The translations under genes and the position numbers were made by a program. From NCBI RefSeq assembly GCF_001194135.2, contig NC_068981.1, positions 148,916,969 through 148,964,341 on the forward strand: DNA of 47,373 bases, written 5' to 3'. Positions 25,390 to 35,310 of this stretch are shown piece by piece. This DNA comes from Octopus bimaculoides (Eukaryota). The stretch's first letter is position 1. Every line of letters begins with the position of its first letter. The notes beneath the pieces are model-generated. The model was not told the origin of the DNA. It did no database searches and saw only the letters and a program-made list of their open reading frames with translations.

Positions 25390-25765
25390 TATCACAACTC
25401 CTTCGATCACTCAAATCTAGCAAGGAAACTGATCCTGATAGTGTCCATTCCATGTTCTTCAACTTTTATATTCTGTAGTTCGTATTTCATCAAGTTATTC
25501 GTTTTTCTTTTCACTCTCCATACAAGGATCAATCTCAATATTTGAAAAAAAAAAAAAAATATCAGAAGCTTCAACTTCTTTGGCTCTTCCAGCTAACAGT
25601 ATATCGCCTTCACTTCCTGCCTCTCAAAGATAAATGACACAGTTGTAAACAATCATCTCATTCACCACTCTAAATCTCATTCCACCCTATCTGATACCTA
25701 TTATGGCTTCCGTAGAAGTATAAAAAGTGGTGACTTACAGCCAAATGTCAATCACCAGTGATCTC
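25390..25765 (+). pseudogene. L2/CR1/Jockey-type LINE reverse transcriptase relic
   Basis: LRSLKSSKETDPDSVHSMF (from 25401; cf. K.S.GPD.I) and NHLIHHSKSHSTLSDTYYGFRRSIKSGDL (from 25651; cf. HL....LLSD.QYGFR..RST.D). Confidence 0.6.
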
Positions 25766-26241
25766 TTGTACATATGATTTTCGGCGAAAGTAATTTGTTG
25801 AACTGGATATCAACAAAGCTTTCTACACTGACTGGCCTGAAAAGTTTATAACTAAGATGCTTGTTTATGGGATTTGTTATCTCTCTCATTTTTTTAATCA
25901 GACGCTTCTTGTAAGGATGTGATTTTCCTAGGTCCATATTCCGTTTAAAATGTGCCTCATCTACTATAAGAAGAGGTAAATTTTATAATTAGTTAATTTG
26001 CTTCTTTTTATGGTGGTGTTATGTTAGATTTCGAAACTGAAATCATGAAATTAGAACAACCATAAAAATTAAAACTACCATAAAAATACTAAGGGAAAGA
26101 TTAAATGAATAAAATGCAACACACGAACATAGACAAAAATGAGAATTGCTTTCCTGAAGATTCAGACTGGCATTAAATACTGAGGCCAAAGCTAATCGGT
26201 ATAAATACCCTAATAGGTATAAATATATGTTTATAGACATA

Positions 26242-26670
26242 AATACTGTAGATATTCTAATTAAAACTACAGCTTTCACATTGACGGAAAAGCAAGAAAA
26301 CTTTTAACAGTATTCGATAAACTTAAACAGATAGCCACACGATAAACAAATGCTTAAACAATCTTACGCAAGTTCCAATCGAATGAAAGAAAACGACATT
26401 ATCACAATAAGGAAGAGTTACAATAATAATAGATTCATAATTATGGATTAAGACAAATATATTTCAATCTTTATTCAACAATATAAACACATTTAAACGA
26501 ATTATTAAAGATAATATCACCCCTTTAAAAGTTAAACTGAATAAACTAATTAGAGCAATAAACACGCAAATAGGAGCCATTTATGCTCCCACTTGAAGGG
26601 AATTCAGCTCAACATATGCATCAGATACAGTCCCTATTGGAAATATACATAACACACACGAGACTACATT
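26242..26670 (+). pseudogene. Penelope-like element N-terminal/RT relic
   Basis: MKENDIITIRKSYNNNRFIIMD*DKYIS (from 26383; cf. IVIRKADK...VIMDK.DY), then a frameshift into TFKRIIKDNITPLKVKLNKLIRAIN. Confidence 0.55.
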
Positions 26671-26948
26671 AATACACAACCAACAACCTCATAAAACAGA
26701 ATACAAAATGCCATTGACGTAACCATAGACTAACACTAAATTTGGTATTATCAAAAACAAATTACTGTGATGTAAAATCGCTGACGAGTATTGATTACTA
26801 ATGTGATTCGATTGCAAATATAGTAATTGTAACGTTCACAACTCCTTCTGTTATGCTGGCCATTCATGCCCGACTTCCTCTCGCTAGCCACCATGCAACT
26901 GCAATTAACTTCACGAGATAATACAAGACAAAGCAAGGCAGAAAAATA

Positions 26949-27231
26949 TGAGCGAGAGACCAATGAAACTCCTTGTAACACCAAAGATGAACTGAAGGCA
27001 AGGATAATAGCAGCATTCACCAACTTGAACAAGGAGAACGCCCAGAAGAGTTGCTGGAGATTCTGAAGTCATCTAGAGGCCGTGGCTGAAGCCAATGTCG
27101 ATTTTATTGAATAAATTTATTCCTTAGGATTTTAAGATATTTTAATGTAATTTTGGTACATATGTCTGTTAAAAATTCATGATGTTTTCATTTTTGCGTA
27201 ATTTAGACGATAGATTATTCACTGCACCCCG
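26949..27231 (+). mobile_element. 3' end of DD37D (maT-type) transposon, same family as 43033-44153
   Basis: Encodes ERETNETPCNTKDELKARIIAAFTNLNKE..; ends ...TTATTCACTGCACCCCG|TA. Confidence 0.85.
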
Positions 27232-29039
27232 TATATATGTATCTGTCTGTCTGTCTCTTTCCTTCTCAAGTAGTCAGCGTGAAAAAACCTCATAATGAAA
27301 AAAAACTCATCATGATAAATTCTTATAAAGATTTTATCCTATATTATATTATAAATAATTAGAATATATTCAGTGCTGAATATTATTCTGTATAAGCACA
27401 TGTTACTGAGATGCAACCGGATAAATTCAAATCTCTTTCACGGATATATAATGATGGACAGAAGTCATTCGTACTATGTTGGGTACATCGTGGTATGTTG
27501 ATTCTTGTTTATTTTTATGTGTCTCGACCATACGTGTACTGATGAACAAAAGATGCAGCTTACTACACAGTTTTTGCTGTATTGATTGAGAAACCAGTGG
27601 TTTACCGTTAAGTTAAATGTTTTTAAGAGATTAATTTTGAAAGCTGCATTCCCTCGCTTTCGGTAAATATGTTGCTTATTTTTTGGTAGTTTTNNNNNNN
27701 NNNNNNNNNNNNNNNNNNNNNNNNNNNNNNNNNNNNNNNNNNNNNNNNNNNNNNNNNNNNNNNNNNNNNNNNNNNNNNNNNNNNNNNNNNNNNNNNNNNN
27801 NNNNNNNNNNNNNNNNNNNNNNNNNNNNNNNNNNNNNNNNNNNNNNNNNNNNNNNNNNNNNNNNNNNNNNNNNNNNNNNNNNNNNNNNNNNNNNNNNNNN
27901 NNNNNNNNNNNNNNNNNNNNNNNNNNNNNNNNNNNNNNNNNNNNNNNNNNNNNNNNNNNNNNNNNNNNNNNNNNNNNNNNNNNNNNNNNNNNNNNNNNNN
28001 NNNNNNNNNNNNNNNNNNNNNNNNNNNNNNNNNNNNNNNNNNNNNNNNNNNNNNNNNNNNNNNNNNNNNNNNNNNNNNNNNNNNNNNNNNNNNNNNNNNN
28101 NNNNNNNNNNNNNNNNNNNNNNNNNNNNNNNNNNNNNNNNNNNNNNNNNNNNNNNNNNNNNNNNNNNNNNNNNNNNNNNNNNNNNNNNNNNNNNNNNNNN
28201 NNNNNNNNNNNNNNNNNNNNNNNNNNNNNNNNNNNNNNNNNNNNNNNNNNNNNNNNNNNNNNNNNNNNNNNNNNNNNNNNNNNNNNNNNNNNNNNNNNNN
28301 NNNNNNNNNNNNNNNNNNNNNNNNNNNNNNNNNNNNNNNNNNNNNNNNNNNNNNNNNNNNNNNNNNNNNNNNNNNNNNNNNNNNNNNNNNNNNNNNNNNN
28401 NNNNNNNNNNNNNNNNNNNNNNNNNNNNNNNNNNNNNNNNNNNNNNNNNNNNNNNNNNNNNNNNNNNNNNNNNNNNNNNNNNNNNNNNNNNNNNNNNNNN
28501 NNNNNNNNNNNNNNNNNNNNNNNNNNNNNNNNNNNNNNNNNNNNNNNNNNNNNNNNNNTATATATATACATATATATATACATCTTATATCCCTTAGTCA
28601 TTGCACGGTGATCACCATAAGCTTTAAGCTTATATAAAAATACCATTATTATTACTTAGAGGATTGTAAAACACGGCGCCGTATAAAAAAAAAGAACATT
28701 CGCACCGAAAGTATATATATATATATTAATTGTTTCGCTACGGTGGGTGGTTGCTGACTGTATAAACGCTTCGAGATGTTTCATGACGTAGGTCCCTTCT
28801 CTTCTTTTAAGCCCTCTTGATAGGTTATTATTTACTTTACTTACTTTTATATATTTGTTTCGTGTAACACTCAGTCGCTTTGTTTGTTTTCCTATAAATC
28901 TTACATATCAGTTGCTGTTTCGTATTCGCTTCGTTATCTTCATCTTAATATAGTTGTTATTAACTTACCATTGCTTGTACAGTCAACCTGTTCCCAACTT
29001 CTCTACTTCTGTACATTGTTACTTTTATTAATAGCACTC

Positions 29040-29372
29040 GAGTGGCAGTAGCAGCAGTAGTAGTAGTAGTAGTAGTGGTAGTAATAGTAGTAGTGGTAGT
29101 GATGTGATTCTGGTGGTGTTATAAATAATGATAGCAAAATTACCTCCACTACTACTACTACTACTACTACTACCGCTACTGCTGCTGCTGCTGCTGCTAT
29201 TTTTATTGTTGTTTTTGTTGTCTTTTTCTTTTGTCATTTCATTATATGTAAACCCCGCGCATTGTGTCTTTGTATTGTCTTCCACATTCTTAGCTCTGGA
29301 GGCAATTAAAGAAATCATCATCATCATCATCATCATTATTATTATCATTATTGCTATTATTAACATCATTGC

Positions 29373-29419
<47 letters not shown>

Positions 29420-29421
29420 CA

Positions 29422-29456
<35 letters not shown>

Positions 29457-29609
29457 CCATAGGATTGTGCAAAAAGCCAGACGAACTCCATGGCTGATAA
29501 TCTCAAGTGACCCCGCCATCTTGTTTCATACAGACTCATACACACTCACACGCACGCACGCACACACGCATGCACACACACACACGCACGCACGCACGCA
29601 TGCACGCAT

Positions 29610-29652
<43 letters not shown>

Positions 29653-29660
29653 CGTACGCA
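29040..29660. repeat. Trinucleotide mosaic (TAG/CTA/CTG/ATC/ATT)n then (CACG)n
   Basis: Directly visible; explains ORFs 29028-29731. Confidence 0.95.
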
Positions 29661-30020
29661 CTGACACTCAAGCATTCTGAAGGAGTCTCTTCATCACATC
29701 TCAGCAAGGTCACTATATTAACACCTAACATTATTTCAGACGTACTCCCCAGCTATTCACAAACCATAACCGAAATCATGTTTTTCCTTGTTTAGTCAAG
29801 ATGACACTTTATTTTTGATAATCTCAAAATGGAAAAAAAAAAAAAAGAATAGAGGGAAAATAGTTACGAATATATTCAAGCATTGCGCATATAAAGTGTA
29901 TATAAAACACACACATGCAAACATACACACATATGTACGTACATACAAGCATACTTACACACACACAAATATTGTGTGTGTGTGTCTGTGTGTGTGTGTG
30001 TATAAATATATATATTTTTT

Positions 30021-30407
30021 TAACTGCGGCAATGCTGGAGCACCACCTTTAGTCGAACAAACCGACCCCAGGACTTATTCTTTGTAAGCCTAGGACTTAT
30101 TCTATCGGTCTCTTTTGCGGAGCCGCTAAGTTACGGGGACGTAAACACACCACCATCGGTTGTCAAACGATAGTGGGGGACAAACACAGACAGACCGACA
30201 TATACATACATACATATATATATATATATACATATATATATGTATGGGGCTTCTTTCAGTTTCCGTCTACCAAATCCACTCACAAGGCTTTCGTCTTCCC
30301 GAGGCTATAGTAGAAGACACTTGCCCAAGGTGCCACGCAGTGGGACTGAACCCGGAACCATGTGGTTTGTAAGCAAGCTACTTACCACGTAGCTACTCCT
30401 GTGCCTG
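30021..30407 (-). mobile_element. SINE family A, near full length
   Basis: High similarity to 5441-5912. Confidence 0.9.
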
Positions 30408-30489
30408 TACATATGGATTGTGTATATATTACTGCATTACCTCTGGATATCCTTGTTGCTTATTTTGTTTTTCTCCTTGTTGTCCGTAT

Positions 30490-30526
30490 TCTTTCTGTTG
30501 AAGAGCGTAGCTCGAAACGTCAAAGA
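30490..30526 (+). ncRNA. Minimal type I hammerhead-like motif in a PLE pLTR-like segment (~30440-30620)
   Basis: TCTTT-CTGTTGA-A-GAGC-GTA-GCTC-GAAAC-GTC-AAAGA: 5-bp stem I, 4-bp stem II, core with an A6->U change. Confidence 0.55.
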
Positions 30527-30680
30527 CTTTCCGTATTCCCGAGCGTCATACTAATATATACTTTTGTTATTTACACCACCTGTCCTCGTCTGTTGTTATT
30601 TTTTGTATATTCTCCCATATATATATATATACATATATATATATATCTGTAAAAATATGTGACACTTATTCAGTAGCCAT

Positions 30681-30742
30681 GATAAAACTCCGAGTTTCCG
30701 ATGCCCGGGCGGTGTTCCGCTCCGACCATCTCTTCAGTTATC
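30681..30742 (-). ncRNA. Type I hammerhead ribozyme-like motif with long GC-rich stem II
   Basis: Minus strand GATAA-CTGAAGA-[GATGGTCGGAGCGG-AACA-CCGCCCGGGCATC]-G-GAAAC-TCGGA-GTT-TTATC; one extra G before GAAA. Confidence 0.6.
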
Positions 30743-30929
30743 CAGCGACCGGAGGTTCTATTTCTTTCTTTTGTTACCACTCCTGCCAAANNNNNNNNNN
30801 NNNNNNNNNNNNNNNNNNNNNNNNNNNNNNNNNNNNNNNNNNNNNNNNNNNNNNNNNNNNNNNNNNNNNNNNNNNNNNNNNNNNNNNNNNNNNNNNNNNN
30901 NNNNNNNNTATATATATATATATATGTAT

Positions 30930-32062
30930 ATTACTAAGGTTAGCTCTCTGAGAATATATGTCAGGTATCGATCTTCTGGGCCGCCTCTTTAATCTGCACC
31001 AATTTGCTGCCAATTCAAAAGTTTTCCAGTCTCTTATTCATGACCTCCTTTATGCAGATGACTGTGACTTAGTCAGTCATACAATGGATGGCATACAAAT
31101 ACTTATGAATCGTATTTCTGCTTCTTGCAAGGCATTTGGACTCAGCATTAGCATGGACAAAACTGTTGTAATGTTCCAGTCTGCACCAGAAAATCAATAT
31201 GTGGAACCAGCTATCTTGGTTGAAGAAACAATGCTGAAAGTGTTAGATATCTTTGTCTACCTGGGCAGCACACTTAGCTGTTCTTGCTCCCTGGATGATG
31301 AAATATCTTTCAGGCTGCAGAGAGCAACTGATTCCTTCCGGTCTCTTCAGTCTCGTGTCTGGTCCCAGCATGGCATCACAAAACAAACAAAAATTGCTGT
31401 GTACCGTGCATGTGTACTGACATCGCTCCTTTACTCATGTGAGACATGGACCCTTTACAAACGTGATGTAAAGGTACTTGAACTCTTTCATCAAAGATGT
31501 CTCAGACACATTCTGAATGTTGGCTGGGCCTTAAAAACTCTAGACACACAGGTCCTGAGGACAGCTGATATCTTGAGTATTGAGGCGAAGGTGCTCAAGC
31601 ACCGGTTACGTTGGACTGGACACATTATTAGAATGAAGGATAGCAGGATCCCTACGTAAATGATATATGGGGAACTTATTAATGGAAAGAGACCCCGGTA
31701 GAAACCAAGGCTGTGACTTAAGGACAATGACAAGACCTCATTAAAGGCCTGTGGTATGCAGAAGACTGACTGGGAGAGCAATGCCTGTCATCGCCACAGA
31801 TGGAGGAAGCAGGTCAAGGAGGGGGTCGACAGTTTTGAGAAAGCACTATTCTGCATGAAGAACTTAAGCGTGCTGCTCGAAAGCGCAGTGCTGGTGTAGT
31901 GAATGAGGAATGCTTGGTTAGCAATATTTGCAGTAGTGTATGCTTGTCAAGAGCAGGGCTCATTAGCCACCAACGGAGCCGCAAATGCAAAATAATAGTT
32001 AGTCCTAGAGTGCGCAATGATTCTGAATGTCAGCAATAATCTTCCTCGGTCACGAGTGGACG

Positions 32063-32075
<13 letters not shown>
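30930..32075 (+). mobile_element. 5'-truncated RTE-clade LINE; RT C-terminal ORF 30958-31659 then stops
   Basis: LLYADDCDLV (YADD), FVYLGS, LLYSCETWT, RLRWTGHIIRMKDSRIP; continues past a TAA as MIYGELINGKRPR*KP..; C-terminal C..C..SH zinc-finger-like remnant; ends in a short tail and (TA)n. Confidence 0.92.
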
Positions 32076-32100
<25 letters not shown>

Positions 32101-32358
32101 NNNNNNNNNNNNNNNNNNNNNNNNNNNNNNNNNNNNNNNNNNNNNNNNNNNNNNNNNNNNNNNNNNNNNNNNNNNNNNNNNNNNNNNNNNNNNNNNNNNN
32201 NNNNNNNNNNNNNNNNNNNNNNNNNNNNNNNNNNNNNNNNNNNNNNNNNNNNNNNNNNNNNNNNNNNNNNNNNNNNNNNNNNNNNNNNNNNNNNNNNNNN
32301 NNNNNNNNNNNNNNNNNNNNNNNNNNNNNNNNNNNNNNTATATATATATATATATATG

Positions 32359-32417
32359 TTCAAGGCGGTGCCCCAACATGGCTGCAGTCTAATGACTGAA
32401 ACAAGTGAAAGATAAAA
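32359..32417 (+). mobile_element. SINE family A 3' tail
   Basis: TTCAAGGCGGTGCCCCAACATGGCTGCAGTCTAATGACTGAAACAAGTGAAAGA. Confidence 0.8.
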
Positions 32418-32440
32418 CATTATATATATATATATATATA

Positions 32441-32607
32441 TACGACGGGCTTCTTTTATTTTCCGCCTACCAAATCCTTTCACAAGAATTTGGTCGGAAC
32501 AGAGTTATAGTAGAAAACATGCCCAAGACGCCACACAATGAGACTGAACCCAAGATTACATGGTTGGGAAGCAAGTTTCTTACCCACACACTCAAGCTTG
32601 CACCTAC
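32441..32607 (-). mobile_element. SINE family A 5' half
   Basis: TACGACGGGCTTCTTT..CTACCAAATCC..GACTGAACCC..GGTTGGGAAGCAAG. Confidence 0.8.
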
Positions 32608-32670
32608 ATACATGTATGTATACACGCACACGCGCGCGCACATGTACTTATCTTCTTTTATCTTTTGTGC

Positions 32671-33080
32671 TTTTTTCTTGTTTCAGTCATTCGACTGTGG
32701 CCATGCTGGGGTATCGCCTTGAAGGGCGTTAGTCGAACAAATTGACTCCAGGACTTATTTTTTAAGCCAAGTACTTATTCTATCGGTCTGTTTTGTCGAA
32801 TCGCTAAGTTACGGGTGACATGAACACACCAACACCGGTTATCAAACAGTTTGGGTCACACACACCCACATACGCATATGACGCACACACAGATATTTAC
32901 ATGTATACATATATATATACGACGGGCTTCTTTCAATTTTCATCTACCAGATCCACTCACAAGGCTTTGGTCGGCCCGAGGGTATGGTAGAAAACATTTG
33001 CCCAAAGTGTCACCCAGCAGGACTGAACTCGGAACCATATGATTCGGAAGCAAGCTTCTTAGTATACATCCACTCCTGCA
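32671..33080 (-). mobile_element. SINE family A, full length, followed by a more decayed head at 33152-33296
   Basis: Similarity to 5441-5912 and 30021-30407. Confidence 0.85.
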
Positions 33081-33314
33081 CACACATACGCAGGCCCACA
33101 CACACACACACACACACACATACAAGAGTAATCCCTCCATACACACATACGCACGGCGGGCTTCTACGGAGTTTCCTCTACGGTATTCATTCATATGCAT
33201 TAGTACGGTAGAAGTCATTTGCCCAACGCACTACGCTGCGGGAATGAACCAGAAACCACGTGATCACGAAGCAAATGTTTGAAGTACACCATCATGCAAA
33301 TGACCTTGTATTTC

Positions 33315-33706
33315 GTACCAGTTGCGAACTTGGTCGATCTAATCGACTGGCCCTCTTCCCCAAATTTTCGGGCCTTGTGCCTAAAGTAGAAAAGAATACG
33401 TTAGCACACCGGACGAAATGCTTAGCAGCATTTCGTCTGCCGTTACGTTCTGAGTTCAAATAAAGAAATAAATATTATAGACGTTATAAGGCGGTGAGCT
33501 GGCAGAAACGTTATCACACCGGCCGAAATGCTAAGAAGTATTTCGTCTGTCTTTACGTTCTGAGTTCGAATTCCACCGAGATCGACTTTGCCTTTTCATC
33601 CTTTCGGGGTCGATAAATTAAGTATTAGTTGCTTACTGGGGTCGATCTAATCGACTAGCTCCCTCCCCTAAAATTTCGCGCCTTGTACCTACAATAGAAA
33701 AGAATA
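33315..33706 (+). mobile_element. SINE family B tandem cluster (tail 33315-33397, partial head 33398-33460, full unit 33487-33706)
   Basis: AAGGCGGTGAGCTGGCAGAAACG..TGAGTTCGAATTCC..CATCCTTTCGGGGTCGATAAATTAAGTA..GGGGTCGATCTAATCGACT. Confidence 0.88.
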
Positions 33707-34904
33707 TTGATTCATTATATATAAATAGAATAAATAGTCAGCAACTGGCCGTTATTATAATCGCACGTATTCACCAATGGGTGATTAATTCTACTTTCGG
33801 AAACTGAACATTTTTATTATCCACGAGAACAGTTGAATCGATAAATAGTCGAATAAATTGTTTTACTATTTCATTGCATCCTATCTTAGTTCAACCGTAT
33901 CAGAGACGATTTACCCTTTTGCCCGTCTAAGGACGGTAATTTATGATTTACGTCAATGTTAAAAGTCAATATCCACGCCTCAATTCCTTTCTTTTTCGTC
34001 AGTGAATTCAAGCGGCATTAAAGGGAATATAAACTGTGTTAAAATCTCGGATGGCTGAGAGTTAAAACTCTATTTAAGAGCCCCAATCCTCCCACATATT
34101 TCGTTGCCTTTTGACATTTTCTAGCTGCTGTTGGAAGATTTTTATATCTTCCTCAGCGGTGCCAGTCGACATGCTTCGGCAAAAGTGATTCTTCTGTTTC
34201 TTTGCCTTTCTCGATTTCTTTTCAAGATTATTACAAGACACTGATAACATTGTCTATTGTTCCTTTCATCTGGTTTGCATGAATGAGAAATGTTCTTAAC
34301 ATTTCAGTATGGTCTGTACGGGTCGAAATATTTGCTGTTTCTCTTTTAAAGCAAGCACTGAATAAACCTCGGGGAAATGAGTGAGAATGAGTGTGAAATA
34401 ACTTCCACAAGTTTGTTAGCAAGTCTTTGGAAAATTCACACGCTTTGGAAGTGACCTTGTAACCTAAATAAAATGTCGAAAGGAAAAGAGGATAATAACG
34501 GAAACAAAGCAATCGTGATGAAGATGAAAATATGATGATGGTAATTGTGATAGGAATGATGATGAATAAAGAATAAAGAGGAAAATGCCTATGGTTATAT
34601 TGTTTATTATTATATGCTTATGTGCATATGCTTGCGTGTGCATATGTGTACGTATGTGTGCATGTATATGATTGCATGTACATATGCACATATGCATGTA
34701 AATACATATGTACAAATATATGTATCATGCTTGGATACATATGCACACATTTAAACACGCACCCACTCATTGGTTTATATGTGTGTGGGTATGTGTATGT
34801 GTTACGCGTTTTTGTTGATTTGTGTGTATGTGTATACGAATGTTTATGCAAAAAATTATTTTAATTAGAGCATTATTTTGTGATTAGTACCAGTCCTAAG
34901 AATA

Positions 34905-34978
34905 TCGATTTCAAATTTTGGTACAAGGCCAGCAATTTCGGGGAGGGCATAAGTCGATTACATCAACCGCCAGTGTCC
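34905..34978 (-). mobile_element. SINE family B tail fragment; another fragment at 36330-36420 (-)
   Basis: TTTTGGTACAAGGCCAGCAATTTCGGGG..AAGTCGATTACATC matches 44640-44695. Confidence 0.65.
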
Positions 34979-35149
34979 ATGAATAGGGTGGTTTCAAAAT
35001 ACATAGAAAGATGAAATACTAGGATCATAGCCGCCATATACATTGGGATCAATGTGGATTATTGGCCCATTTCAATTTGTGGCACTGTACGGTCAATGAA
35101 AACAGAGAAATGATCCACGACAACATTTGTCAGGCAGGATCTACATACG

Positions 35150-35310
35150 CATCCAGATCCGATGGGTCCCCGAAATTACGAGATGATCCTGGAGTCATAT
35201 TTCATTGTGGTAGTGAAGAGACGGTTGTTTAAACTGGTGGTGTTGAGCAGAAAGCCTAAGTGCTAAATGTGTGAGAGTAAGGAACATGTGAGGACCTACT
35301 GTCCAGGAAA
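35150..35310 (+). pseudogene. Possible LINE ORF1/gag-like zinc-knuckle relic
   Basis: VVLSRKPKC*MCESKEHVRTYCP: CX2CX4HX4C at 35261-35302 with an internal stop. Confidence 0.35.

Noticed and set aside
27450-27548. Possible C/D-box snoRNA (ATGATGG ... CTGA)
   Set aside because: Imperfect C box, no terminal stem and no recognisable guide.
34231-34512. 93-aa minus-strand ORF in non-repetitive sequence
   Set aside because: No recognisable domain and no convincing splice signals.
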